Source of the DNA: Chiloscyllium plagiosum | Lineage: Eukaryota | Assembly: GCF_004010195.1 (NCBI RefSeq) | Contig: NW_025215380.1 | Coordinates: 1-41,125, forward strand | Direction: 5' to 3' | DNA length: 41,125 nucleotides | Shown: one piece after another, positions 1-11,470 of the stretch | How positions within the stretch are numbered: position 1 is the stretch's first letter | How the letters are laid out: the number at the start of each line of letters is the position of its first letter | Notes under the pieces: model-generated | What the model saw: only the letters and a program-made list of their open reading frames with translations | Told to the model about the DNA's origin: nothing | The model's database searches: none | Translations under genes and position numbers: made by a program

Positions 1-61
1 GGGTGTGTGTGTGGGTGTGTAGGTTTGCAGAGTAACACTAGCTAGAGCTTCTTTCCCGCAG

Positions 62-187
62 ACCGAGGATCTGAAAGCCTTCTACCCAGGCACACTGCTG
101 GAGACGGGCCACGACATCCTGTTCTTCTGGGTGGCCAGGATGGTCATGCTGGGCTTAAAGCTGACCGGGAAGCTACCTTTTCAGGAG
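62..187 (+). CDS. VARS1: Valyl-tRNA synthetase, internal exon (gene starts upstream of the window): [42 protein letters not shown]
   Basis: Acceptor ttcccgcag at 60-61 and donor gtaacg at 188; 126 nt, phase 0/0; contains the conserved ValRS motif [15 protein letters not shown]. Confidence 0.97.
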
Positions 188-198
188 GTAACGTTCAT

Positions 199-3002
199 CA
201 GTGTTACTGAGCCTCTGTACAGTGTGGGTGACTCCTTCCCCCTCACCGCCCAGTGTTACTGAGCCTCTGTACAGTGTGGATGACTCCTTCCCCCTCAGGG
301 CCCAGTATTACTGACCCTCTGTACAGTGTGGGTGACTCCTTCCCCCTCAGGGCCCAGTGTTACTGAGCCTCTGTACAGTGCGGGTGACTCCTTCCCCCTC
401 AGGGCCCAGTGTTACTGAGCCTCTATACAGTGTGGGTGACTCCTTCCCCCTCAGGGCCCTATGTTACTGAGCCTCTGTACAGTGTGGGTGACTCCTTCCC
501 CCTCAGGGCCCTATGTTACTGACCCTCTGTACAGTGTGGGTGACTCCTTCCCCGTCAGGGCCCAGTGTTACTGACCCTCTGTACAGTGTGGGTGACTCCT
601 TCCTCCTCACCGCCCAGTGTTACTGAGCCTCTGTACAGTGTGGGTGACTCCTTCCCCCTCAGGGCCCAGTGTTACTGACCCTCTGTACAGTGTGGGTGAC
701 CCCATCCCCCTCAGGGCCCAGTGTTACTGACCCTCTGTACAGTGTGGGTGACCCCTTCCCCGTCAGGGCCCAGTGTTACTGACCCTCTGCACAGTGCGGG
801 TGACCCCTTCCCCGTCAGGGCCCAGTGTTACTGACCCTCTGTACAGTGTGGGTGACCCCTTCCCCCTTACTGCCCAGTGTTACTGACCCTCTGTACAGTG
901 TGGGTGACCCCTTCCCCCTTACTGCCCAGTGTTACTGAGCCTCTGTACAGTGTGGGTGACTCCTTCCCCCTCAGGGCCCTGTGTTACTGAGGCACTGTAC
1001 AGTGTGGGTGACCCCTTCCCCGTCAGGGCCCAGTGTTACTGAGCCTCTGTACAGTGTGGGTGACCCCTTCCCCGTCAGGGCCCAGTGTTACTGAGCCTCT
1101 GTACAGTGTGGGTGACCCCTTCCCCCTCAGTGTCCAGTGTTACTGACCCTCTGTACAGTGTGGGTGACTCCACCCCCCTCAGGGCCCAGTGTTACTGACC
1201 GTCTGTACAGTGTGGGTGACCCCTTCCCCCTCAGGGCCCAGTGTTACTGAGCCTCTGTACAGTGTGGGTGACTCCTTCCCCCTTACTGCCCTGTGTTACT
1301 GAGCCTCTGTACAGTGTGGGTGACCCCTTCCCCCTCAGGGCCCAGTGTTACTGAGGCACTGTACAGTGTGGGTGACCCCATCCCCCTCAGGGCCCAGTGT
1401 TACTGACCCTCTGTACAGTGCGGGTGACCCCTTCCCCGTCAGGGCCCAGTGTTACTGAGCCTCTGTACAGTGTGGGTGACTCCTCCCCCCTCAGGGCCCA
1501 GTGTTACTGACCCTCTGTACAGTGTGGGTGACCCCCTTCCCAGTCAGTGCCCAATGTTACTGAGGCACTGTACAGTGTGGGTGACCCCTTCCCCCTCAGG
1601 GCCCAGTGTTACTGAGCCTCTGTACAGTGCGGGTGACCCCTTCCCCGCTAGGGCCCAGTGTTACTGACCCTCTGTACAGTGTGGGTGACCCCTTCCCCCT
1701 CAGGGCCCAGTGTTACTGAGCCTCTGTACAATGTGGGTGACTCCTTCCCCCTTACTGCCCTGTGTTACTGAGCCTCTGTACAGTGTGGGTGACCCCTTCC
1801 CAGTCAGTGCCCAGTGTTACTGACCCTCTGTACAGTATGAGTGACTCCTCCCCCCTCAGGGCCCAGTGTTACTGACCCTCTGTACAGTGTGGGTGACCCC
1901 TTCCCCCTCAGGGCCCAGTGTTACTGACCCTCTGTACAGTGTGGGTGACTCCTTCCCCCTTACTGCCCAGTGTTACTGACCCTCTGTACAGTGTGGGTGA
2001 CCCCTTCCCCGTCAGGGCCCAGTGTTACTGAGCCTCTGTACAGTGTGGGTGACCCCCTTCCCCCTCACCGCCCAGTGTTACTGAGGCACTGTACAGTGTG
2101 GGTGACTCCTCCCCCCTCAGGGCCCAGTGTTACTGAGCCTCTGTGCAGTGTGGGTGACCCCCTTCCCAGTCAGTGCCCAATGTTACTGAGGCACTGTACA
2201 GTGTGGGTGACCCCTTCCCCGTAAGGGCCCTGTGTTACTGAGCCTCTGTACAGTGTGGGTGACCCCTTCCCCGTCAGGGACCAGTGTTACTGACCCTCTG
2301 TACAGTGTGGGTGACCCCATCCCCCTCAGGGCCCAGTGTTACTGAGCCTCTGTACAGTGTGGGTGACCCCTTCCCCCTCAGGGCCCAGTGTTACTGAGCC
2401 TCTGTACAGTGTGGGTGACCCCTTCTCCCTCAGGGCCCAGTGTTACTCACCCTCTGTACAGTGTGGGTGACCCCTTCCCCCTCAGGGCCCAGTGTTACTG
2501 ACCCTCTGTACAGTGTGGGTGACCCCATCCCCCTCAGGGCCCAGTGTTACTGAGCCTCTGTACAGTGTGGGTGACCCCTTCTCCCTCAGGGCCCAGTGTT
2601 ACTAACCCTCTGTACAGTGTGGGTGACCCCTTCCCCCTCAGGGCCCAGTGTTACTGACCCTCTGTGCAGTGTGGGTGACCCCTTCTCCCTCAGGGCCCAG
2701 TGTTACTAACCCTCTGTACAGTGTGGGTGACCCCTTCCCCCTCAGGGCCCAGTGTTACTGGGCCTCTGTACAGTGTGGGTGACCCCATCCCCCTCAGGGC
2801 CCAGTGTTACTGGGCCTCTGTACAGTGTGGGTGACCCCATCCCCCTCAGGGCCCAGTGTTACTGACCCTCTGTACAGTGTGGGTGACCCCCATCCCCCTC
2901 AGGGCCCAGTGTTACTGACCCTCTGTGCAGTGTGGGTGACCCCATCCCCCCTCAGGGCCCAGTGTTACTGACCCTCTGTGCAGTGTGGGTGACTCCTTCC
3001 CC
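199..3002. repeat. 52-bp minisatellite, about 54 copies, in a VARS1 intron
   Basis: Unit cagtgttactgagcctctgtacagtgtgggtgaccccttccccctcagggcc; starts at 199, 251, 303 and so on. Confidence 0.98.
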
Positions 3003-4280
3003 TTGTTTGCCTTTGTTGGTCAGAGTATGGAATACAGGAGTTGGGAGGTCATGTTGCAGCTGTGCAGGACTTGGTTAAGCCATTTTGGAATATTGTGTGC
3101 AATTCTGCGCTCCCTCCTAACGGAAAGATGATGTGAAACTTGAATGGGTGCAAAACACAGTTACAAGGATGTTGCCAGGGTTGGGAGGGTTTGTGCCGCA
3201 GGGAGAGGCTGAACAGGCTGGGGCTGTTTTCCCTGGAGCGTCTGAGGCTGAGGGGTGACCTTATAGAGGTTTATAAAATCATGAGGGGCATGGATAGGGT
3301 AACGAGACAAAATTATTTCCCCAGCGTGGGGGATCCAGAGGGCATAGGTTTAGGGTGAGGGGAACGATTTAAAAGGGATCTATGGGGTAACTTTTATACA
3401 TGGAGGGTGGTGCGTGTATGGAATGAGCTGCCAAAGGAAGTGGTGGAGGCTGGTATAATTACAACATTTAAAAGGCACCTGGATGGGTATATACAGAAGA
3501 ACCTCGATTATCCGAACCAGATGGGCAGGCACTATTTAGTTCGGATAATTGATTATTCGGATAATTGATTTGCTCTTAAACAAGGGAAGCCTTACTGTTC
3601 TACTGCTGTGCTCTGTCGGAGAGTTTATTTAAATCTATAATTTTGATGAGTCTGCTATTTAAACAAACTAATCTTTGCACTCTGCAAATTGCAGGTTAAA
3701 CTGCGAAAGACTAAGGCCTTACCATCACACAAACACTTGAAACCCCAGCATTACCCAAGGTCCCGAACAGCTTCTACAATCACAGGAGCATTTGTCCATT
3801 TCTGGGAACTCAGTGTCACGGCAGGAAGACAGAAGTACCGCCTCACGCACGTGTTCACTTTCTCTGCTGTGTTTTTCACGAGCGGCCTGTAAAAGTGACG
3901 GGAATGAGGCAGTTACTTCCGCACAGGGCTGTGTAGCTAACACTTACATAAAAAATATCCAGATGTTGATGTTTGAGGTGCTCGTGTTCCTTTGTTTTTG
4001 CTGGTGTTTTCACATGTTCTTCAGTACGGGTAATACAAACACGCTTACCTCTGATGTAACATTCTTATGGGACCTTCAGATCTTCTGCGGATAATCCAAA
4101 ATTCGGATAATTGATATTCAGATAATTGATATTCAGATAATTGAGGTTCCTCTGAAAATAGGAAGGGTTTAGAGGGATATGGGCCAAGTGCTGGTAAATG
4201 GGACTAGATTACTTTAGGGTATCTGGTCAGCGTGGACAGGTTGCACCGAAGAGTCTGTTTCCGTGCTGTCTGACTGTGCT
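3003..4280 (+). mobile_element. CR1/HER1-type LINE 3' fragment split by a MITE
   Basis: Encodes LGLFSLERLRLRGDLIEVYKIMRG (CR1 ORF2 C-terminus); host text ggatgggtatata stops at 3493 and resumes aataggaagggtttagagg at about 4157. Confidence 0.9.
3494..4154. mobile_element. Non-autonomous Tc1/mariner (pogo/Tigger-like) MITE, 661 bp
   Basis: TIRs cagaagaacctcgattatccgaa / ttcagataattgaggttcctctg; TA on the left, AA (decayed TA) on the right; subterminal ggataattgat repeats. Confidence 0.85.
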
Positions 4281-4319
4281 GTACTGATTCTCGTCTCTCT
4301 CCTGTGCTGATCCCCTCAG

Positions 4320-4424
4320 GTTTACCTCCATGCCATCGTCCGGGATGCTCACGGCCGCAAGATGAGCAAATCTCTCGGCAACGTCATTGACCCCCTCGAT
4401 GTGATCTTCGGCATCACGCTGGAG
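4320..4424 (+). CDS. VARS1: ValRS exon with the class I KMSKS motif: [35 protein letters not shown]
   Basis: cccctcag|GTT ... GAG|gtgaga; 105 nt; KMSKS signature. Confidence 0.98.
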
Positions 4425-5197
4425 GTGAGACCCTACTGGAGGATGTGGGGTATCTCCTTGCTCAGCCCCGCTGGCTGCTTGCTGTGGTGGGTTACCAAAT
4501 GGACTGACCCCATCGGCAAGAGCTACTGCTCTGGGATGGGAGGCCACCCTGACTGAAGGGAGCAGAGACGACATTGGTCTCGGGTGGCAACGTGAAACGA
4601 CCGACAGTGACTATATCATCTGTTTCACGTCTCGGTCGGTTTTCTTTCCGCTTGCAGTCAGTGGGGAAACGAATCCAGGTGATGTATGTGACTGTATTCC
4701 AATGAAACAGTATTCAGGAGGAATCATCCTGTGTTCGCGGATCTCACTGCACCCAATGGCGGGCCCTGTCCCTGTATGTGATAGGAGCAGGAGTGGACTC
4801 CCTCCTTCAGGAATGGTGCATCTGGTCGTCTTGATCAGCTGATCCAGCAAAGATAAGCGATGGGAAATTCCTTCACTCAGAGAGTTCTGCGTCTCCGGAA
4901 TTCTCTGCCTCTGGGGTGGAGTGTCATGGATCAGATCAGACTCCCTCAAAATGTTTTATGAAGGTAGCCTCAGCCCTAACTTTTTCTTTCTTTTAAGGGA
5001 AATGCAATTTGACTGGTCAAACTATTCAATATTAAGCAAAACACTATTTATTTAAACACTGTAATTAAAATACAACCATAGAAACAGGAACTTAGAATAA
5101 CCAAACTCAATTGGAAAACTTAACAGAATAGTAAACACAGTAACTATTACTAATTAACTGTTCCAAAATAGTAACATCCCATAAACACACCCCTTGG

Positions 5198-5587
5198 TGT
5201 AAGTCAGGTGAATTGGCCATGCTAAATTGCCTATAGTGTTAGTTGCATTGAAAATGTGTTGCTGGAAAAGCACAGCAGGTCAGGCAGCATCAAAGGAGAA
5301 GGAGAATCGACGTTTCGGGCATAACTTGAAGAAGGGCTTATGCCCGAAACGTCGATTCTCCTTCTCCTTTGATGCTGCCTGACCTGCTGCGCTTTTTCAG
5401 CAACACATTTTTAAGCTCTGATCCCCAGCATCTGCAGTCCTCACTTTCTCCTTGTTAGTTGTATTAGTCAGGGGTTACTGTAGGGTAGAGGAAATGGGTC
5501 TGGGTGGGTTACTCTTCAGAGGGTTAGTGTGGACTTGTTGGGCTGAAGGGCCTGTTTCATACTGTGGGGAATCTAACCTAGTCTAGT
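5198..5587 (+). mobile_element. 5'-truncated HE1/V-SINE-like element nested in the solo LTR
   Basis: gtcaggtgaattggccatgctaaattgcc...ggacttgttgggctgaagggcctgtttc; flanked by cttgg (5193-5197 and 5588-5592). Confidence 0.8.
5250..5452. mobile_element. Penelope-like fold-back remnant with a mutated hammerhead core
   Basis: 74-bp inverted arms 5251-5324 and 5338-5411; flanking 13-bp duplication tgttagttg(c/t)att; core reads TTGAAGA-AGGGCTTATGCCC-GAAACGTC. Confidence 0.75.
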
Positions 5588-6244
5588 CTTGGCAAAAGGC
5601 AAATTCAGAAAGACAGATTTTGACTTGCGGAAAATCCAGAAGCTGAGGAAGGGGACCCACAGCTTTTGAATGTAATCGAGAGAGGGGAAAAATAGCTTCC
5701 CCTTCTTCGTGCCCGCAACAGCTTAAAGCTAAATCTAAAATCTAAAAAAAACCTCAAGATCCTGGTTCTGTCAGAGATGACCTCACCCAGTCAGGCTGCT
5801 TCTATTGTTCCAACTTTTTAAAAAAACCCAAGGCATCTCAAGCTGTTTACTCGAGTGGCTCTGTATACGCTGCTCATCACGTCTGCTTTAAAATGTCTCT
5901 TCAATGAAAAAAGAACAAAATACACCTCTTAAAGGCCCAGCATGTCACAGGAGGGAGGGCAGAATGCTGTCAATACTTCGCTGTTACATATATTTATCCC
6001 TGGGATAGATGGATAGTTGAGGAGGCAGCAGGATAGTGGCGTGGAAGGTGAGCATATCGATGGGAGGAGGAGATTACACTCCTGCTGCCCCTGTTTCCTG
6101 TGTTTCTGGATTCCACTTTCTCAACGGATCCCCTGCCCACATTGTCACTGCATCTGTCTGCCTCTGTCTTGGTCTTAACGACTGAGCTTCCAGGGGTTTC
6201 TGAGACAGAGAATTCCGAAGATCCGCCATTCTCTGTGTGAAACT

Positions 6245-6457
6245 GTGGGTTTCCTCCGGGTGCTCCGGTTTCCTCCCACAGTCCAAAGATGTGCAGGTCA
6301 GGTGAATTGGCCATGCTAAATTGCCTGTAGTGTTAAGTAAAGGGGTAAATGTACGGGTATGGGTGGGTTACGCTTCGGCGGGTCGGTGTGGACTTGTTGG
6401 GCCGAAGGGCCTGTTTCCACACTGTAGGTAATCTAATCTAATCTAATCTAATCTAAT
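6245..6457 (+). mobile_element. HE1/V-SINE-like element (5' truncated) with (AATCT)n tail
   Basis: gtgggtttcctccgggtgctccggtttcctcccacagtccaaagatgtgcagg central domain; tail aatctaatctaatct. Confidence 0.85.
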
Positions 6458-6925
6458 TTCTCCTCACACTGATCCAAATGACCAGCACCTCACCTCGAGT
6501 TAATGAGCCTTCGACGGGAGACCTTTGCCAATGACGACAGGTTACAAACTGAGACACTGTTAGACAGATCTGCACCTTCAGAATTATTGACTCTGACACA
6601 TATAAACGTCGGAGTGTAATGGGGAGTAACCGGGGGTGGGGGGGGGGGTGTTTATAAATACTCTCCAATCAACCAGCTCAGAGACAGTTCCAATGTAGAA
6701 AGCTCTGGAGCAGGTGGGCCTTGGACCCAGACTTCCTGTCTCAGAGGCATAGACATTATCACTATACATCTTGTATTTGTACAGTTTTATTCACCTATTT
6801 TTCCAATTGGGCCATTCAGAGATGTTATTACTCACCTTGGGAGCAGGTGGGACTTGAACCCAGGCCTCCTGGCCTAGGGGTAGGGGCACTACCTGTGTGC
6901 CAAAAGTGTTCCTTGTATCTGTTTC

Positions 6926-7355
6926 AATCATAGGATCCCTACAGTGTGGAAGCAGGCCATTCAGCCCATTGAGTCCACACAAATCATTCGAATAGCATCC
7001 TATCCCTCTACCCTAGCATTTTATCCTTGCATTTCCCATGGCCAATCCACCCAAACCTGCACATCCCTGGGACACTATGGGACAATTTCCCATGGCCAAT
7101 CCACCCTAACTTGCACATCCCTGGGCACAATGGGATAATTTCCCATGGCCAATCCACCCTAACCTGCACATCCCTGGGCACTATGGGACAATTTCCCATG
7201 GCCAATCCACCCTGACCTAAACACTTTTGGACTTGGGGAGGAAACCGTGGGTCAGCGGAGTTGACCCACGCTGACACGGGGAGAATGTGCAAACCCCACA
7301 CAGACAGTCACCTGAGGGTGGGATCGAATCCGGGTCCCTGGCGCCGTGAGGCAGT
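6926..7355 (-). mobile_element. HE1/V-SINE-like element with an internal ~53-bp tandem expansion (7031-7215)
   Basis: B-box-like and central domains on the - strand; atttcccatggccaatccacc recurs at 7031, 7085, 7138 and 7191. Confidence 0.82.
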
Positions 7356-7466
7356 GATTAGTACCTGAAGGTATCAGGCCTGTTGTTTAAGGTCCTGCTT
7401 TGTCAGAGAGCAGGCACCCCTCGTGTGCCCACAGTCGCTTATTTGCTTGTGTTTGTGTTTCGACAG

Positions 7467-7535
7467 GGTCTGCACGCACAGCTACTGGACAGTAACTTGG
7501 ACCCCGTCGAGATTGAGCGAGCCAAGGCGGGTCAG
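7467..7535 (+). CDS. VARS1: ValRS exon: GLHAQLLDSNLDPVEIERAKAGQ
   Basis: tttcgacag|GGT ... CAG|gtaaag; 69 nt, in frame with neighbours. Confidence 0.95.
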
Positions 7536-7558
7536 GTAAAGACACTGGAGAGTTACAC

Positions 7559-7560
<2 letters not shown>

Positions 7561-7637
<77 letters not shown>
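7561..7637. repeat. (CT)n microsatellite, about 38 units
   Basis: Read directly from the sequence. Confidence 0.98.
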
Positions 7638-7641
<4 letters not shown>

Positions 7642-8320
7642 CCCCCCCACCCCACACTGTCTGTCGGGGAGCAGAGAGAATGTGCAGCTTACTACCACGA
7701 GGACTGGGGAAATGAACAGCATAAGCACGTTTACGGGGAAGTTCAACAGAGAGAGGGTGTACTGACTCGCCCAAACAACTCGTTGGTGACGTTTATAGAC
7801 GTTGTACTGTTACGTCTCCCTCGCCACCTAATACGCCTTGTGTGCACTGTTTTCTGCCCGTGGTTGGCACGCTCACACCTCCTAAGACCGGAGGTCCTGA
7901 GTTCAAGTCTTCCTTTAGTTTGACCTTCCTAGTGCGGGGCTGAGGGAGTGTATCACTGTCAGAGATACCATCTTTCAGATCAGACATTAAACTGAGGCCC
8001 TTTCTTACACCCCACCTTCAGGTGGATGCAAAGGCCCTAAAGCCATCCTTTCAAACCAGGGAGTTGGAGTAACCCTCTTTGTTCTGGCCAATATCAGCTG
8101 ACATCACATTAGTAGAAAGTGATGGGAGCTTCCTCTGTACAAATTGGCTGGCGTAACATTTTGTACATTATTGCAGTCACTAAACTGCATTGGCTGTAAA
8201 GCGTTTGGGGGGGCGTGGTGTGCTGATTAGAGAAAGGAGCTATATAAATGCAAGTCTGCCTCTCATGTGTGACCATCCAGGACTTAAATCTCATCTTTAT
8301 CTTTTGGTTTTGCCTGTCAG

Positions 8321-8399
8321 AAATCTGATTATCCGGTTGGAATTCCGGAATGTGGGACTGACGCCCTGCGATTTGCTCTATGTGCCTACACGTCCCAAG
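8321..8399 (+). CDS. VARS1: ValRS exon: [26 protein letters not shown](G)
   Basis: cctgtcag|AAA ... CAAG|gtaatg; 79 nt, ends phase 1; conserved [12 protein letters not shown] motif. Confidence 0.96.
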
Positions 8400-8870
8400 G
8401 TAATGCGTCATGGAATTTTTCAGCTCCAGCGGTTTTCCCGTTTCCGTTTGGATCTTTGCTGTAACATAGCAGTGACTTGGTTATTTGGGAATGAGGCAGC
8501 TTATTCCAGCATCGTTACTGGGTGCAAAAACTGAGTTTTACAAAAAAAAAACACACATGCTGGCAAATGTATACTTGTAGAAACTCTTACTATTAGTTTT
8601 TATATCTCTAACTAGTTTTCTCTTGTTCTGACATTTGTCCCTTTATTTAAAGTCCTTCTTTGGGCTGATGTTATGAACTAGCAATCTCCCGACTGACCAC
8701 TAATCTTTACAGATTTCTTTCAATTTGATGTTGTCCTTAACTTCCTCCACTAATCACCGATGATACATCTTTCTCTAAGTTCTTCACGAGAAGTTATGTT
8801 GAGGCTGTACAGGACGATGGTGAGGCCTCTTCTGGAATAGTGTCCAGTTCTGGTCACCCAGTTGGAGGAA

Positions 8871-9912
8871 CATAGAACATTCTAGCGCAGTACAGGCCCT
8901 TCAGCCCTTGATGTTTGGCCGACATGTGGAACCAATCTGAAGCCCATCTAACCTACACTATTCCATTTTCATTCATATGCCCATCCAATGACCATTTAAA
9001 TGCCGTTAAACTTGGCAAGTCTACCACTGTTGCAGATAATGCATTCCATGCCCCTACTACTCTCTGAGTAATGAAACTAACTCTGACATTTGTCCTATAT
9101 CTATAATCCCTCAATTTATAGCTATGTCCCCTCATGCTAGCCATCACCATCCAAGAGAAAATGCTCTCACTGTCCACTGTATCTAACCTTCTGATTATCT
9201 TGTATGTCTCAATTAAATCACCTCTCAACCTTCTCTGTAATGAAAACAGCCTCAAATCCCTCAGCCTTTCCCCATAAGACCTTCCCTCCAGACCAGGCAA
9301 CATCCCAGTAAATCTCCTCTGAACCCTTTCCAAAGCTTCCACATCCTTCCTACAATGCAATGACCAGAACCATCCGCAATGCACCAGAGTTTTGTACAGC
9401 TGCATCATGACCTCATGGTTTTGAAACTCAATCCCTCGATCAATAAAAGCTAACACACCATATGCCTTCTTAACAGTCCTATCAATCCGGGTGGCAACTT
9501 TCAGGGATCTATGCACATGGATACCGAGATCTCTCTGTTCATCTACACTACCAAGAATCTTACCATTTGCCCAGTACTCCGTATTCCTGTTACTCCTTCC
9601 GAAGTGAATCACCTCACACTTTTCAGCATTAACCACCATTTGCCACCTCTCAGCCCAGGTCTGCAGCTTACCTATGTTCTCTGTCACATACAACATCTTT
9701 CAGCACTATCCACAACTCCACCGGCCTTGTTGTCGTCTGCACATTTACTAATCCATCGTTCTATGCCCTCCAGATCATTTATAAAAATGACAAACAGCTG
9801 TGGCCCCAAAACAGATCCATGCCATACACCACGAGTAATTAAACTCCAGGACGAACATTTCCCATCAACCACCACCCTCGGTCTTCTTTCAGCTAGCCGC
9901 TTTCTGATCCAA
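8871..9912 (-). mobile_element. CR1-type LINE 3' fragment (end of RT plus C-terminus) nested in an opposite-strand CR1 fragment
   Basis: ORFs 9684-9875 (GVWHGSVLGPQLFVIFINDL..ADD) and 8953-9696; flanked by aggaa duplication (8866-8870 and 9913-9917). Confidence 0.9.
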
Positions 9913-10392
9913 AGGAAGGATGTTATTAAGGTGGAGAGGGTTCAGCATTGATTTACCAGGATGTTGGCGAGTATGGAGGGTTTGAGTTATAAAGGTAGGC
10001 TGGGACTTTTTTTCACTGGAGCGTAGGGGCTTGAGAAGCCACCTTTTAAAGTAATGAGTGGTACCGATAGAGTGAGTGGTAGGTGTCTTATCCCTAGGAT
10101 GGAGGACTTCAAGACTATGAGGCACATTTTTAAGATAAGAGGAGAGCGATTGAAAGCAGACATGATGGGGAATTTTTATACACAGGGTGGTTCGCGTGTG
10201 GAATCACCTTCCTGAGGAAGTGGTGGATGTGGCTACATCTACAATGTTTAAAAGACGTTTGGATAAGGACATGAATGGGAAAGGGTTTGGAGGGAAATGG
10301 GCCAGGGGCAGGCAGGTGGGACTAGTTTAGTTTGGGATTGTGGACAGTTGGACAGAAGGGTGTGTTTCAGTGCTGGATGACTCGATGACTCT
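9913..10392 (+). mobile_element. CR1-type LINE 3' fragment, continuation of 8790-8870
   Basis: aggaaggatgttattaaggtggagagggttcag (RKDVIKVERVQ) through the 3' UTR. Confidence 0.85.
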
Positions 10393-10744
10393 CTGCCCTG
10401 CTTTCATCTCCCTCCCTGACAGCGTCGAGGGTGTGCCAACTCTCACATGTATCGCCACCTCCTTCTGTGGAGTTAGGGGGGTGGGCAAGCCAGGCTGGTC
10501 TGGCCCACAAGTGGATGGTAAATACCCCTCACTCTCCGGAATGGCTCTGTTATTGGTTCAGGGTGAACAATGGGTTTTAATTGCCGTTCCCGGGGACCAC
10601 CTCCTGATGGTTTACTGCCGCGGGACAGTTTTCCTTTCCTGATTCTCTCTGCCCCCGTGTGGGGCTGAGGTTGACACCTACGATTCGGTGGCCGGTTTAG
10701 GAACGTTCCTGTCTTTCTCCCCCCGCCCCCCCCAACCCCCACAG

Positions 10745-10872
10745 GCCGAGATATCAACCTGGACGTGAACCGCATCCTGGGGTACCGCCACTTCTGCAAC
10801 AAGCTGTGGAACGCCACCAAGTTCGCCATCCGTGGTCTGGGGGAGAACTTCAAACCAGAGGGCCGTGCCCAG
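10745..10872 (+). CDS. VARS1: ValRS exon: (G)[42 protein letters not shown]
   Basis: cccacag|GC ... CAG|gtagga; 128 nt, completes the phase-1 codon; conserved [12 protein letters not shown]. Confidence 0.97.
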
Positions 10873-10949
10873 GTAGGACGACTGGCAGAGGGTCAGGCGG
10901 GCACAGGAAGACCCTTTGCTTCCCACCCACCCCCCACCCACCCACAGAG

Positions 10950-11470
10950 GGCATTCAATTCTGGCCTCCTTCCTATCGGAAAGATGTTGTGCAACTTGAA
11001 AGGGTTCAGAAAAGACTTACAAGGATGTTGCCAGGGTTGGAGGATCTGAGCTACAGGGAGAGGCTGAACAGACTGGGGCTGTTTTCCCTGGAGCGTCGGA
11101 GGCTGAGGGGTGACCTTATAGAGGTTTATAAAATCATGAGGGGCATGGACAGGGTGAATTGTCTTTTCCCTGGGGTGGGGGTATCCAAAATTAGAGGGCA
11201 TAGGTTTAGGGTGAGAGGGGAAAAATATAAAAGGGAACAAAGGGGCAACTTTGTCACACAGAGGGTGGTACGTGTATGGAATGAGCTGCCAGAGGATGTG
11301 GTGGAGGCTGGTACAATTACAACATTTAAGAGGCATCTGGATGGGTATATGGATAGGAAGGGTTTGGAGGGATATGGGCCGGGTGCTGGCAGGTGGGACT
11401 AGATTGGGTTGGGATATCTGGTCGGCATGGACGGGTTGGGCCGGAGGGTCTGTTTCCGTGCTGTACGACA
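10950..11470 (+). mobile_element. CR1/HER1-type LINE 3' fragment
   Basis: [27 protein letters not shown]...SLERRRLRGDLIEVYK...FKRHLDGYM. Confidence 0.92.

Larger units (their letters stand above)
4922..5949 (-). mobile_element. Probable solo LTR (Gypsy-like, about 630 bp without its nested inserts)
   Basis: TGTCA...TCACA termini, flanking 4-bp direct repeat GGAG (4918-4921 and 5950-5953), AATAAA on the - strand at about 5047-5052. Confidence 0.65.

Noticed and set aside
1449..2224. ORFs of 72 and 84 aa in the minisatellite
   Set aside because: Chance open frames across repeat units; no ATG start or homology
199..3002. CRISPR-like appearance of the 52-bp array (and of the 79-bp arrays)
   Set aside because: Units are head-to-tail with no unique spacers, there are no cas genes, and the context is a vertebrate intron
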